The translations under genes were made by a program, and so were the position numbers. The notes beneath the pieces were generated by a model that saw only the letters and a list, made by a program, of their open reading frames with translations, was not told the DNA's origin and made no database searches. DNA of 63,916 bases, filler included. It is 7 parts of 7 records of this genome, joined end to end, with 100 filler letters (N's around TTAATTAATTAA, not from the genome) between each part and the next. Parts side by side here need not be neighbours in the genome. Positions count along the whole stretch, not along the records: positions 1 to 9,121 come from SRR20825010_1289; positions 9,222 to 18,596 come from SRR20825010_1291; positions 18,697 to 25,679 come from SRR20825010_1294; 4 more parts are not named here. One strand, written 5' to 3'. This document shows, piece after piece, positions 8,567 to 19,611 of this stretch (positions within the stretch are counted from its first letter, which is position 1; every line of letters begins with the position of its first letter).

Positions 8567-9121
8567 CTATGCGGCGGCCACGCTCTCTTCTGTTGCAGTT
8601 TCCTGAATGTCCGCGCGATCAAGGCAAAAGCCGCTGGCCCGGTCGAACAGGTGCGTGTGTTTCGGGGCAACGGCGAGGCCGATATCGTCGCCCAGCTGCC
8701 AGTCGCCCGCGTCTTCCACGGGCACGTTGCTGACCAGACGGCCATTGGCGGTATCGAGATGAACCAGACGAGAGGCACCCAGCTCCTCGATCAGGACAAT
8801 GCGTCCGGCGAGATGGGCGCCCGGGAGCGGTACGGGACGCAGATGTTCGGGGCGCAGGCCGAGCGTGACCTTTGCCTCGTCACGTGCGCCGTCCACCGGC
8901 CCGGCATCGATGACGGTCCCGTCTTTCAGGATCACCGCATGACCGGCGCCATGTGCGCTCAGTGTGCCGTGCAGGAAATTCATCGCGGGTGAGCCGATGA
9001 AGCTGGCGACGAACCGCGTCGCGGGGCGGTTATAGACATCGACCGGGCGGCCGACCTGCTCAACCAGGCCGCCATTCATCACCACCAGCCGGTCGGCCAT
9101 GGTCATGGCTTCGACCTGATC
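8567..9121 (-). CDS. ugpC: ABC transporter ATP-binding protein, 3' part (truncated by contig end)
   Basis: [27 protein letters not shown] and GLRPEHL motifs. Confidence 0.8.
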   Translation of the reverse strand, partial: DQVEAMTMADRLVVMNGGLVEQVGRPVDVYNRPATRFVASFIGSPAMNFLHGTLSAHGAGHAVILKDGTVIDAGPVDGARDEAKVTLGLRPEHLRPVPLPGAHLAGRIVLIEELGASRLVHLDTANGRLVSNVPVEDAGDWQLGDDIGLAVAPKHTHLFDRASGFCLDRADIQETATEESVAAA

Positions 9122-9221
9122 NNNNNNNNNNNNNNNNNNNNNNNNNNNNNNNNNNNNNNNNNNNNTTAATTAATTAANNNNNNNNNNNNNNNNNNNNNNN
9201 NNNNNNNNNNNNNNNNNNNNN
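9122..9221. other. Artificial contig spacer
   Basis: N44-TTAATTAATTAA-N44. Confidence 0.99.
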
Positions 9222-9237
9222 TATTCATTATTAACTA

Positions 9238-10932
9238 TTAATTGCCTTCCCACGGGTTCGCCCGCTTCAGCACCTCATCCAGATCCAGCCCTCTGGGCAA
9301 GGTGCCATAGTTCCGATCCCCATGCTCTCCCAGTCGCGAAGCAATGAACGCTTCCGCCACAGCGGTATTGCCAGCAGCCACCAGCTGGCTGGCCTGCATG
9401 GTCAGTGATACCCGATCCACGATATGGCGGGCGCGGTATTCCGCCTCCTCCATATCGCTGAACTCACGCTTGAGCGCCTCCACGGCCTTGTCCAGCCGGG
9501 CATCACTCCCCTGCGTCTTGGCCAGTTCCGTAAACCAGGTATCCAGCACCGCCGGTGTCTTGCCCAAAGCACGGAGCATATCCAGGGCCTGCACATTGCC
9601 CGAACCTTCCCAGATCGCATTGATCGGCGCTTCGCGGTACAGGCGCGCCATGATGAAGTCTTCCGTCACGCCATTACCGCCGAGACACTCCATGGCCTCG
9701 TAGGCATGGAACGGGGTGCGTTTGCAGATCCAGTATTTTCCCGCCGGCAAGCCCAGTCGCAACAACAGCGCCTCATGGGTGTTGCCCGGATCCAGGGTGG
9801 ACTGATCCAGCGCTTCTCCCATGCGCATGGCGATGGCCAGAGAGCCTTCCACTTCCAGCTGCAGATCGGCCAGCACGTTGCGCATCAAAGGCTGGTCCAG
9901 CAGCGTTTTGCCGAAAGCCGCACGCCCGGCGGCATGATTCACCGCCTGGGCCACCGCCTGACGCTGCCCGGATGCGGAACCAATCATGCAGTCGAAACGG
10001 GTCATCGCTACCATTTCGATAATCGCTGGCACCCCGCGACCTTCTTCGCCGACCAACCAGCCCAGCGCACCGCGCAACTCAATTTCCGAGGAGGCGTTGG
10101 ACACATTGCCCATCTTGTTTTTCAGGCGCTGTACCTGGATCGGGTTCTTGCTGCCATCCGGGCGCCAGCGAGGCACCAGAAAACAGCTCAACCCGCTTTC
10201 CGTCTGGGCCAGCACCAGAAAGGCGTCGCACATGGGGGCCGAGGTGAACCACTTGTGGCCCACCAGCTCATAGGCCTCACCCGGCCCTTCATTGCCAATG
10301 GCGGTGGCAACGGTGGTGTTGGCACGCACATCGGAGCCGCCCTGCTTTTCGGTCATGCCCATGCCGATGGTCAGCGCCTGTTTCTCGGTGTGGGGCACAT
10401 TGCGCGGGTCATAGGCGTTATTGAGAATCTTGGGCAACCACTCCTTCGCCAGTGCCGGCGTCAGGCTAATGGAGGGCACCGCAGCGAATGTCATCGTCAG
10501 CGGGCAGCCGTGGCCTGCGTCCGCCTGTGCCTGCAAATAACTCTGCGCTGCCCGCGCCACATGAGCGCCCGCCCTGGGGTTTGACCAAGGCGACGAGTGA
10601 ATGCCGGATTCCAGCCCCAAGGCCATCAGGCGATGGTAAGACTCATGGTATTTCACCAGGTCCACCCGATACCCCTGACGGTCATGGGAGAAAAACTGCG
10701 GCTTGTGCTCGTTAGCCAAAAAGCCCCATTCGATTACCTCGGCGCTACCGGTGCGTTCACCATGCGCAGACAGGGCCTCCTCCGCCCAACCCGCACCGTG
10801 GCGACGCACCGCCTCGCGCAGGGCCGTATCGTTGTCGTAAGCGTTGTAATTTTCCAGCGCCCGGGCCTGATTGAAGACCTCATGGGTCTGTGCAAGCGGG
10901 TCCGCTTTCAGGGTGTCGTGCTTGGCATTCAT
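9238..10932 (-). CDS. aidB: AidB-like acyl-CoA dehydrogenase
   Basis: THEVFNQ, GHGCPLTMT, GMGMTEKQGGSDV, GHKWFTSAPMCD and IWEGSGNV motifs. Confidence 0.9.
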   Translation of the reverse strand: MNAKHDTLKADPLAQTHEVFNQARALENYNAYDNDTALREAVRRHGAGWAEEALSAHGERTGSAEVIEWGFLANEHKPQFFSHDRQGYRVDLVKYHESYHRLMALGLESGIHSSPWSNPRAGAHVARAAQSYLQAQADAGHGCPLTMTFAAVPSISLTPALAKEWLPKILNNAYDPRNVPHTEKQALTIGMGMTEKQGGSDVRANTTVATAIGNEGPGEAYELVGHKWFTSAPMCDAFLVLAQTESGLSCFLVPRWRPDGSKNPIQVQRLKNKMGNVSNASSEIELRGALGWLVGEEGRGVPAIIEMVAMTRFDCMIGSASGQRQAVAQAVNHAAGRAAFGKTLLDQPLMRNVLADLQLEVEGSLAIAMRMGEALDQSTLDPGNTHEALLLRLGLPAGKYWICKRTPFHAYEAMECLGGNGVTEDFIMARLYREAPINAIWEGSGNVQALDMLRALGKTPAVLDTWFTELAKTQGSDARLDKAVEALKREFSDMEEAEYRARHIVDRVSLTMQASQLVAAGNTAVAEAFIASRLGEHGDRNYGTLPRGLDLDEVLKRANPWEGN

Positions 10933-11031
10933 GTGAGCTCTCCCGATTTATTAACGCAGCCTGTTTCTCGCTTCATGCAACAAGCTCCACGCCCCACGCG
11001 GGGAAAGCGCGCTTGCTGCCGCTGCCACTTT

Positions 11032-11667
11032 TTACGCAGTCTGTTGCTGCTGAATCGCCTCCGCCTGCGCCCGTGGAGCACCCACCGCGCGCAGACAAAA
11101 TTGGGTCAGGGATTCCGCCAGGCTGGCCTTGGGTAGCGGCTCCGAGAGCGGCCCCACCAATGCCTCGGCAATAGCGCCCACCAGCGCGGCGGCGCTGACG
11201 GCTGTGTCCTGCAACGGCAAGGCGCCCTGGCTGACACCATCGCTCAACAGTTGCTGGTACAGCTCGGCATAACGCTGGCGGTAGATCAGACGCTCCGCGT
11301 CCACGGCCGGATCCACCGGCTCGGCAATCAACGACCAGGCCAGCGTAGGCGCGGCTTGCGCCCGGCGTACAAACACCTGCAGCACGTAGCCCAGCCGCTG
11401 GGCAAAATCGCCGTCTTGCTCCATGGCCTGGGCCACCGCCGCCACTTCCCGCTCGGTGGCCAGGCGAAACACCTCCGCCGCCAGCACCGCCTTGTTGTCG
11501 AAATAGCGATACAAGGTGCCCACACCAACCCCGGCCTGGCGGGCCAGCGTCTGCATGGTCAACCCGGCAAAACCACCGTCACGCACCAACTGCTCCGCAT
11601 TACGCAGCAAGTGGGCGCGCTGGGCCGCCTTACGGGCTTTCACATTGTCGGTTTCCCGGTACGCCAT
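11032..11667 (-). CDS. TetR-family transcriptional regulator
   Basis: HTH LTMQTLARQAGVGVGTLYRYFDNK; WSLIAEPVDP C-domain; co-oriented upstream of aidB. Confidence 0.93.
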   Translation of the reverse strand: MAYRETDNVKARKAAQRAHLLRNAEQLVRDGGFAGLTMQTLARQAGVGVGTLYRYFDNKAVLAAEVFRLATEREVAAVAQAMEQDGDFAQRLGYVLQVFVRRAQAAPTLAWSLIAEPVDPAVDAERLIYRQRYAELYQQLLSDGVSQGALPLQDTAVSAAALVGAIAEALVGPLSEPLPKASLAESLTQFCLRAVGAPRAQAEAIQQQQTA

Positions 11668-11670
11668 AAA

Positions 11671-11714
11671 CGGAATCCATATTCATTTCTTAAAAGAAGT
11701 GAATCATGATTCCG
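11671..11714. promoter_or_regulatory. Double palindromic operator, probable TetR site
   Basis: GAATCCATATTC 11673-11684 and GAATCATGATTC 11701-11712 (both GAAT-N4-ATTC), immediately upstream of the tetR start. Confidence 0.65.
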
Positions 11715-11777
11715 ACTTTCGAGCAAGCACCACCTGTCGCGCAGCTCGCTGCGGCAGGAGCGCCGCTGGCATCACGC

Positions 11778-12914
11778 CTACAACAAACCTGTTAACACCC
11801 CCAGCGCCGCCATGCCCAGCACCATCCCCCACAAGGGCACCGTCTTTCTGCGCAGCACCACGAACCCCGCCACCACGATCAATAAATCCCACCCATCATG
11901 CACCGCAGAGACGAACACCGGCTGGTACAGCGCTGCCAGCAGCAACCCCACCACTGCTGCATTAATGCCCGCCACCGCACCGGCCAGCGCCGGGCGGGAG
12001 GACAACCATTGCCACCCTTCCATCATTCCCAGCACCAGCAAAAAACCGGGCAGGAAAATCGCCAATGTGGCCAGCAAGGCGCCCCACCAGGGGCTGGCTG
12101 GCAGCAAAACGGCCCCCAGATAGGCGGCCAGCGAGAACATGGGCCCAGGCACCGCCTGTGCCGCCGCATAACCGGTAAGGAACGAATCCGGGCTCATCTG
12201 TGGCCCTACCAGCTCCTGCAATAACGGCAGCACCACATGGCCGCCGCCGAACACCAACGCACCGGCAGTGAAAAAATCATTCCAGAGACCCAGCAACCGC
12301 CCGGCGGGTAGCACCGTCAACAGCGCCAGCAGTCCCAACAGCCCCAACGGCAACCAACGCCAGACCGGCTTGCCCTGCAACGGCGCCACGTTTGCGGGGC
12401 GCAACCAGTACCAGCCCACCGCTGCCGCCAGTAGCAGGGCCGCCACTTGGCCCCAGAGCGCAGGCCATAGCACCAGCAATAGGGCCACACCCAGCGCCAG
12501 CCCCCGTGTCAGCAGGGCCGTACAAAAGCGCGTACCCATATTCCACACGGCATCAGCCACCACCACCACCGCCAGCCACTTCAGGCCGGTGACCACACCG
12601 CCCTGCAACCACCCCGGCAACCCTGAGGCATACATGGCCAGCAGCGCCATCAACAAGAATGACGGCAAGGTAAAACCCACAAAGGCAACAAAAGCCCCCA
12701 CCACGCCACCGCGCACCCGGCCAATAGCAAAGCCCAGCTGGCTGGACGCCGGCCCCGGCAGAAACTGGGTGAGTGCCAACAGGCGGGCAAAATCGGCCTC
12801 GCTCAGCCACTGCAGCTGCACCACAAACCGCTGGTGAAAATACCCCACATGGGCCGCCGGGCCGCCAAAACTGACCAGCCCCAACAGCAAGAACTGACGA
12901 AATATTTCTGCCAT
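11778..12914 (-). CDS. chrA: Chromate efflux transporter (long-chain CHR)
   Basis: SFGGPAAH, QFLPGPASSQ, VFGGGHVVLP and AQAVPGP duplicated CHR motifs. Confidence 0.93.
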   Translation of the reverse strand: MAEIFRQFLLLGLVSFGGPAAHVGYFHQRFVVQLQWLSEADFARLLALTQFLPGPASSQLGFAIGRVRGGVVGAFVAFVGFTLPSFLLMALLAMYASGLPGWLQGGVVTGLKWLAVVVVADAVWNMGTRFCTALLTRGLALGVALLLVLWPALWGQVAALLLAAAVGWYWLRPANVAPLQGKPVWRWLPLGLLGLLALLTVLPAGRLLGLWNDFFTAGALVFGGGHVVLPLLQELVGPQMSPDSFLTGYAAAQAVPGPMFSLAAYLGAVLLPASPWWGALLATLAIFLPGFLLVLGMMEGWQWLSSRPALAGAVAGINAAVVGLLLAALYQPVFVSAVHDGWDLLIVVAGFVVLRRKTVPLWGMVLGMAALGVLTGLL

Positions 12915-13011
12915 TAGCTACACGCTTTCCCGTCCACAGTGACCGAAACGCTACCACACAGTAATGCCGTTCGGATGTCATCGATCCTGCCCGGCGGGTA
13001 TACTCGCGGCC

Positions 13012-15153
13012 ATGCAATCCAATGCCCACTCCGTGCTCGAACATGTTTTCGGCTATCACCAGTTTCGCGGCGAACAGCAGACCGTTATCGACACCCTGAT
13101 ACAGGGCGACGACGCCCTGGTGCTGATGCCCACCGGCGGGGGTAAATCCCTGTGCTACCAGATCCCGGCATTGGTGCGCGCCGGCACCGGTGTGGTGATC
13201 AGCCCGCTGATTGCCCTGATGCAGGACCAGGTGGATGCGCTCAAGGCGCTGGGCGTGAAAGCCGGCTTCCTTAATTCCACCCTGTCACTGGAGCAAGTCC
13301 GGACTCTGGAAAACGCCTTGCTGCAGGGCGAGCTGGACATGCTCTACATCGCCCCGGAGCGGCTGATACAGCCGCGTACCCTGACGCTGCTGAAACAGGC
13401 CGAGATCGCCCTGTTTGCGATTGATGAAGCCCACTGCGTATCCCAGTGGGGGCATGATTTCCGCAACGACTATCTGCAGCTTTCTTTGCTGCACCGGGAG
13501 TTTCCCGATGTGCCGCGCATTGCGCTGACCGCCACCGCGGACCAGCGCACCCGCACGGAAATCGCCGAGCGACTGGACCTTACCCAGGCCCGGCATTTTG
13601 TTTCCAGCTTTGATCGCCCCAATATCCAATACCGCATCGAACGCAAGGACGGTGCCCGCAATCAGCTATTGCGCCTGATACGTGCGGAGTGCGCCGGTGA
13701 AGCGGGAATCGTCTACTGCCTGTCGCGCAACAAGGTGGACCGGGTGGCCGAATGGTTGTGCCAGCAGGGTATTAATGCCCTGCCCTACCACGCCGGGCTT
13801 TCTGGCCCGATACGGGAAAAACACCAGCAGCGCTTTCTGCGCGAAGATGGCATTGTCATGGTCGCCACCATCGCCTTTGGCATGGGCATCGACAAACCTG
13901 ACGTGCGTTTTGTGGCGCATCTGGATCTACCCAAAAGCATCGAGTCCTACTATCAGGAGACCGGTCGCGCCGGCCGTGACGGCAACCCGGCCACCGCCTG
14001 GATGGCCTATGGGCTGGAAGATGCCATCAAGCTGAAGCAGATGCTCGCCCAGGGCAGCGGCAATGAACAACACAAGCGCAACGAAAACCAACGCCTGGAA
14101 AGCATGCTGGGGCTGTGCGAAATCACCCACTGTCGCCGCCAGGCCCTGCTGCACTACTTTGGCGAGACCCTGGAAAAACCCTGTGGCAACTGCGACACCT
14201 GCCTGCACCCACCGGAAACCTTCAACGCCACCGAAGCGGCCCAAAAAGCCCTGAGTTGCGTCTACCGCACCGGCCAACGTTTCGGCGTCAATCACCTGAT
14301 CGACGTGCTTACCGGCAACCGTTCCGACAAAGTGGCCAGTGCCGGGCACGACCATGTGTCCACCTGGAACATCGGCAACGAATTCAACGCCACCCAATGG
14401 CGCAGCATCTACCGGCAACTGGTGGCCCGTGGGCTGCTCACCGTGGACATGAACGGTTACGGCGCGCTGCAACTGACCGACGCCTGCCGCCCTTACCTGC
14501 GCGGGGAGCAACCCCTGCACCTGCGCAAGGAAATCGCCAAGGCGAAAAAAGCCAGCACCCGTAAAAGCCAATCCAGCGTGGCAGAAGCCGACCGCACACT
14601 GTGGGAAGCCCTGCGCGCCTGCCGCAAACGGCTATCCGAAGAAGAAGGAGTGCCGCCTTATGTGGTATTCCACGATGCCACCCTGATGGACATGCTCGCC
14701 ATCCGCCCGCGCAACCGCATGGAGTTTTCCGCTGTGAGCGGTGTCGGGGATCGCAAGCTGGAGCGTTACGGCGACGACTTTCTTGCCGTTCTCAATGAAG
14801 CCGCGAATGGCAATAACACCCGCGCAGAAGAAGGCTCCGGCCTGGACCGCAACGAGATTCTCACCCTGGCCCTGGCCAACATGGACCCGGCCGCCATCGC
14901 GCGGCAGCAGAACCTGAAAGAGCAGACCATTTACCGGGAACTGAGCCAGCTGGTGGTCAACGGCAAGCTGTCACTGGAACAGGCACTGGGCCTCAGCGAC
15001 GTGGAAATCGGCATCATTCAGGACGCCCTGCTCAGCCAGACCAACCTGGCGGAAGACACCTTCAGCTACCGGCAGATCAAGGAACAACTGGCTGACGACT
15101 GGCCCACCGGTGTCCTGCACTGCGTTCGGCAAGCCATTCTGGCTCAGTGCTGA
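13012..15153 (+). CDS. recQ: ATP-dependent DNA helicase RecQ with HRDC and C-terminal HTH
   Basis: [57 protein letters not shown]. Confidence 0.97.
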   Translation: MQSNAHSVLEHVFGYHQFRGEQQTVIDTLIQGDDALVLMPTGGGKSLCYQIPALVRAGTGVVISPLIALMQDQVDALKALGVKAGFLNSTLSLEQVRTLENALLQGELDMLYIAPERLIQPRTLTLLKQAEIALFAIDEAHCVSQWGHDFRNDYLQLSLLHREFPDVPRIALTATADQRTRTEIAERLDLTQARHFVSSFDRPNIQYRIERKDGARNQLLRLIRAECAGEAGIVYCLSRNKVDRVAEWLCQQGINALPYHAGLSGPIREKHQQRFLREDGIVMVATIAFGMGIDKPDVRFVAHLDLPKSIESYYQETGRAGRDGNPATAWMAYGLEDAIKLKQMLAQGSGNEQHKRNENQRLESMLGLCEITHCRRQALLHYFGETLEKPCGNCDTCLHPPETFNATEAAQKALSCVYRTGQRFGVNHLIDVLTGNRSDKVASAGHDHVSTWNIGNEFNATQWRSIYRQLVARGLLTVDMNGYGALQLTDACRPYLRGEQPLHLRKEIAKAKKASTRKSQSSVAEADRTLWEALRACRKRLSEEEGVPPYVVFHDATLMDMLAIRPRNRMEFSAVSGVGDRKLERYGDDFLAVLNEAANGNNTRAEEGSGLDRNEILTLALANMDPAAIARQQNLKEQTIYRELSQLVVNGKLSLEQALGLSDVEIGIIQDALLSQTNLAEDTFSYRQIKEQLADDWPTGVLHCVRQAILAQC

Positions 15154-15274
15154 GCCCGCACTGAGCCATATTCAGCACGAACGTTCAAATAAAATTCACT
15201 GGATCGTCAATTCCCACACACACGCCCTCTCCACAATCCCCCCCACCGACTTTTACCTCACTGGGGAATCCATT

Positions 15275-17227
15275 GTGAAACGGCTCAACTCTAGCCTTGC
15301 GGCTTTGTTTACCACGCTTGCACTTTCCGGCTGCGGAGGCGATTCGTCTTCCTCATCCGACGACACAGGCACGACCGATAAAGGCGGCACACCCGCCACC
15401 ACCGCCACCGTGCGTATTGGCTTGCTGCCCGACACCCAGGGCGGTGGCGACAACGTGGCCATGCACCCGATGAAAGCGGTGCTGGATAAAGAACAGGCAC
15501 TGGGCGCCAACATCATCATCCCCGTGGGCGACCTGACTGACCACGGCACCACCGGTGAATTCGAGCAGTGGACCTCCATTGCCGAAGGCTACCGCGATGC
15601 CGGCATTGAATTTCTGCCGTTGATGGGCAACCACGAAGACAGCTATGCCTACTCGGTGGAGTGGGTTGAAAACATGAAGCACTACATTCCCGATGACGCC
15701 GTCCATATGGCCGGCGCGCAGTACCTGAATTATTACGTGATCCGCGACAACGTGATGATTGTTCTGCTCAAGTACTACAACCTGCCGATCGCTTTCCAGT
15801 GGATCAAACAGGCGGTCAATACTCATCGCGATGAGGTAGACCACATCGTGATCGCCAGCCACGATGGCCTGATCGGCGCCAAATACGGGGAAACCCGCGA
15901 AATGATCGTGGAAGGCGTCACCGGCGATAATCTGCTGATGGATCAGTGGGACGATATCCGCGCCTTCTTCGCCCGCAACGACGTGATCTGGGTACAGGGC
16001 CACGAGCACATGTACCAGCGTTCCGTCATCACCGCCCCGATTTATGTGGACCCGGCCTCTTGGACCGAAGAGGAAGGCAACTACCGCCTGCCGCAATACA
16101 CCCAGATCGTTTCCGGCAACGCCTCCTACAAAGGCTACGAATTCCGTTACGGGGAACGCGAGCTGGTGCAACGTATCGTGCAGCAGAAAATGAACACCAA
16201 GAGCAACGGCTCCACCGCCTACGATGTGAATGCCTCGGTGCTCACCTTCAACGGCCCGCGGGTAGACTATGAATCCTGGTTCGCCGAGCACACCATCAAC
16301 AGCAACGAGGACGGTGTGAAAGAGCTGGCGGAGCCCAACTGGCAATTGCTGGACCGTTTTTCACGTACCAGCAACCGCTGCGAGCGAGTGGTCTACCCCA
16401 ACTCCATTCCCGACGGCACCCGCCCGGTCATGTACCTGGACAGCCAGTACATCAGTAATGACTGCCGCGCAGACGATGGCAGCACCGCAAGAATGGTGGC
16501 CGGCACCAACAACACCTTCAACCGGCTGGAAAGCCGCACCCGGGACATGGAACTGACCCCTGGCTTCAGCCGAGCCGAGAGCGTGCCGGACCTGATGCGC
16601 CTGTCTTACCAGTACCTGTTCCAGTACAACCAGCCCTGGACACCTAACCTGAACGCAGAAAACCGCGTCATCCCCAACAGCGGCGACAGCAACGTGCTGG
16701 ATATTCCGGAAACCACCATGGACCTGAAAGAAGACGTGGCCATGAGCTGGCAACCCGCCACGGAAGATACCCTCAGCGACATTCTGATCATCAGTGGCAC
16801 CCAGAATCAGACTGGCACTTACTCCAGTGCCTATGGCGCGATCAAGGATCTGGAAGCCGATACCGGCCTGCCAGGCAGCCAGCCGGACGGCACCGCCAAG
16901 CAAGCCCATACCCTGCCAGCCAGCGCCAGCAAGGACTGGGATTTGAGCAGTGCAGTCTCCGATCGCTATGCCCTCACCTTTGATACCGCCGCCAACATCG
17001 CCGCCGAGACCACCACCCTGGGCATGCACAGCGATTCCGGCTGGCAACCTGTCAGCTCAGCGGACTGCGTGATCAACCAGCCTTTCGATGAGAGCTTCCT
17101 GATTACCCCGCCGGTGCGCAGCGCAGGCTGCGACGCGGAACCACTGGTGGGCTTCGATGCTGACCACGGGCAACGCTGGTGGGTCGTTCTGGAGCAGGAC
17201 GCGGAACTGGCCTTGCTGGCCCGCTAA
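15275..17227 (+). CDS. Calcineurin-like metallophosphoesterase lipoprotein
   Basis: GTG start; lipobox LSGC with Ser-rich linker; PDTQ, GDLTD, GNHE and GHEH metal motifs. Confidence 0.8.
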   Translation: MKRLNSSLAALFTTLALSGCGGDSSSSSDDTGTTDKGGTPATTATVRIGLLPDTQGGGDNVAMHPMKAVLDKEQALGANIIIPVGDLTDHGTTGEFEQWTSIAEGYRDAGIEFLPLMGNHEDSYAYSVEWVENMKHYIPDDAVHMAGAQYLNYYVIRDNVMIVLLKYYNLPIAFQWIKQAVNTHRDEVDHIVIASHDGLIGAKYGETREMIVEGVTGDNLLMDQWDDIRAFFARNDVIWVQGHEHMYQRSVITAPIYVDPASWTEEEGNYRLPQYTQIVSGNASYKGYEFRYGERELVQRIVQQKMNTKSNGSTAYDVNASVLTFNGPRVDYESWFAEHTINSNEDGVKELAEPNWQLLDRFSRTSNRCERVVYPNSIPDGTRPVMYLDSQYISNDCRADDGSTARMVAGTNNTFNRLESRTRDMELTPGFSRAESVPDLMRLSYQYLFQYNQPWTPNLNAENRVIPNSGDSNVLDIPETTMDLKEDVAMSWQPATEDTLSDILIISGTQNQTGTYSSAYGAIKDLEADTGLPGSQPDGTAKQAHTLPASASKDWDLSSAVSDRYALTFDTAANIAAETTTLGMHSDSGWQPVSSADCVINQPFDESFLITPPVRSAGCDAEPLVGFDADHGQRWWVVLEQDAELALLAR

Positions 17228-17252
17228 CCTGCCACGCAAAGCCTTGTTAACC

Positions 17253-17279
17253 GGCCCTTCCCGTCATGCGGGGAGGGTC
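17253..17279. terminator. Hairpin between convergent genes
   Basis: GGCCCTTCCCG/CGGGGAGGGTC 11-bp stem with G-U pairs. Confidence 0.5.
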
Positions 17280-17709
17280 ACCCCTCTTCTTCCTGGCGTT
17301 TGAATGACCGAGAAAACTGCAGGATCAAAAAGTTGATCAACGACAACACCAGAGCAATTTCATAGCGACTGTAGGCCACCGAAATGCCAATTGCCCCGGT
17401 GTTCCACAGGCTCGCCGCCGTGGCAGTACCGCTCACATTGGCGCCATCCTTGAGAATCGCCCCGCCACCAATAAACCCCATACCGGTAATGATCCCGTAC
17501 ATGACCCGCGCTTCCGCGTCGGATCCGGTATACACCTGCATCCCTACCAACATATAGCCACAAGCCGCAATAGAAACCAGCGGGAAGGTACGCAATCCCG
17601 CACCTCGCGCCTTCTGCTCCCGGTTCCAGGCCACCGGCAACGCCAGCACAAAGGCTGCGCCAAGCTGAATCAGATGAGTACCCACCTGCGCCCAGTCCAG
17701 TTCCTGCAT
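17278..17709 (-). CDS. MgtC/SapB-family membrane protein
   Basis: RE..AGLRTFPLV, GIITGMGFIGGGAI and GTATAASLW motifs; AGGAGA RBS. Confidence 0.9.
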   Translation of the reverse strand: MQELDWAQVGTHLIQLGAAFVLALPVAWNREQKARGAGLRTFPLVSIAACGYMLVGMQVYTGSDAEARVMYGIITGMGFIGGGAILKDGANVSGTATAASLWNTGAIGISVAYSRYEIALVLSLINFLILQFSRSFKRQEEEG

Positions 17710-18104
17710 ATCGCTCTCCTTGCTTGATCGCACCGAACCCCATGCGCGACACCTGACAGTCACCCAGCCCGGCTACCATTGAGACGCATATGTAAGCAAA
17801 AGCTTACACCGACACAACAGAAGCTCGCCGCCGGATCACGCTACCGTTAGTACACAGAATAAACAGAGGGGAAGGAAAAATGGAACAGGATGAATCTCTG
17901 GACCTGAACTGGCTGCCCGAGCAACTGGATAGCATCTTCGAAGACTGCCATGCCGCCGCTAGCGGTCAATGGGAATCCGTACAAAGCCACGATATCAGCC
18001 ACCAGGCGGCCTGAACCGGCCGTCGGCTTTACCAAGCATTACTCGTGTTCACGCCCCGGATCAGTTAGGCTTGCCGCCCTTTTCCAGCTGATCCTCCCAA
18101 CTTC

Positions 18105-18596
18105 ATGCATTTTTCAGATCTCGGGCTGTGTGATGCCCTGCAAGCGGCCGTGGCTGAGCGTGGCTACGACACGCCTTCCCCCATTCAGGCCCAGGCCATT
18201 CCCGCCGTTCTCTCCGGCCGTGATGTGATGGCCGCCGCCCAGACCGGTACCGGCAAAACCGCCGGCTTTACCCTGCCGCTTCTGGAACGCCTGCGCACCG
18301 GCACCCCCGCGCGCAACAATCAGGTCCGCGCCCTGGTACTCACTCCAACCCGCGAGCTGGCCGCCCAGGTGGCAGAAAGTGTTGCCACCTATGGCAAGAA
18401 CCTGCCGTTGACGTCCAGCGTGGTATTCGGTGGTGTGAAGATCAACCCGCAAATGCAGCGCCTGCGTGGCGGTTGCGATGTGCTGGTGGCTACACCAGGA
18501 CGCCTGCTGGATCTGTATCAGCAGAACGCGGTGAAGTTCGATCACCTGGAAGTGCTGATCCTGGATGAAGCCGACCGCATGCTGGACATGGGCTTT
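18105..18596 (+). CDS. rhlE: DEAD-box RNA helicase, 5' part (truncated)
   Basis: Q motif [30 protein letters not shown] and [11 protein letters not shown]. Confidence 0.88.
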
Positions 18597-18696
18597 NNNN
18601 NNNNNNNNNNNNNNNNNNNNNNNNNNNNNNNNNNNNNNNNTTAATTAATTAANNNNNNNNNNNNNNNNNNNNNNNNNNNNNNNNNNNNNNNNNNNN
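18597..18696. other. Artificial contig spacer
   Basis: N44-TTAATTAATTAA-N44. Confidence 0.99.
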
Positions 18697-18709
18697 AAAG
18701 GAGACCGTC

Positions 18710-19171
18710 ATGACACTCAGGATTACCCATCTGTTCGCCGCCGTTCTTGCCGCCCTCACCCTCGCGGCCGCGCCGGCGCTCGCCCAGGCCGACCCCGGCG
18801 AGATCGTCCGCAACGCCGCGGCGGCCATGTCGGCCTCGGCCGACCGGGCCTCCGGGGCCATCCAGGACTCGACCCGCCAGGGCGTGGCTGCGATCAACCG
18901 CCTCGACGACAACGGCGCTTCGGATCGTGAGCTCATCGCGGCCGCCCGCCGCGCCACCCGCGAGATCAACCACACCGCCCGTCACGGCGCACGCCACATC
19001 GGTCTGATCGCCGAGCGCGCCGCCCAGGCACTCCGCGCCCTTGAGGCAGACCGCAGCTTCTTCGTCGCGCTCGGCCAGGCCCGCCGCGCAGCGACCGAGG
19101 ATGTCGCCCAGAGCCGTGCACGTGGTGCCGGTGCTATCGAGGCCGCCCTCCGCGCCGCGCTCGACGACTGA
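18710..19171 (+). CDS. Secreted Ala-rich helical hypothetical protein
   Basis: AAGGAG RBS; signal peptide ending APALA-Q. Confidence 0.75.
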   Translation: MTLRITHLFAAVLAALTLAAAPALAQADPGEIVRNAAAAMSASADRASGAIQDSTRQGVAAINRLDDNGASDRELIAAARRATREINHTARHGARHIGLIAERAAQALRALEADRSFFVALGQARRAATEDVAQSRARGAGAIEAALRAALDD

Positions 19172-19336
19172 CCCGGCCTCGCACGCTCGGCGGCCGACCT
19201 CAACCGGCCCCGATCATCGCAGAGAGAGAGTGCCGCCCGTCTGCCTGTCTCAGGCCGGCGGGCGGTCCTCGTTTTGGGTCAGTCTTCACGCGACCACGTG
19301 CCGAGCGAGGCGGACGCCGGGGGACGAACGGGACGC

Positions 19337-19528
19337 TCAGTGCCCCGGCCCCTCCACATCGCTCCGCTTCACAACGGTCGGCGCGGGTCCGGGGTCCTTG
19401 ACCTTGAACCGCTTGTGCTCGTCGTCGGCCCAGCGGTCCGCGACTTTCCACCAGATCAGCACGAACGGCGTCCCCACGATCAACGCGACGATGCCCCAAA
19501 GAATCGGTCCGCTCATAGTTGCAAGCAT
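19337..19528 (-). CDS. Small single-pass membrane protein
   Basis: Hydrophobic ILWGIVALIVGTPFVLIWW followed by a charged tail; start 19528 or 19516. Confidence 0.55.
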   Translation of the reverse strand: MLATMSGPILWGIVALIVGTPFVLIWWKVADRWADDEHKRFKVKDPGPAPTVVKRSDVEGPGH

Positions 19529-19611
19529 ACGCGGGCCCTCGCGGTGGATCGGGACGGATGTTGTCGAGCCGGCCCGTCGCCGGTCGATAGACACCCGGGA
19601 AAGGACCGACC

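Noticed and set aside
17847-18035. Small minus-strand ORF between the MgtC-family gene and rhlE
   Set aside because: No motif or clear RBS; it lies in a divergent promoter region.
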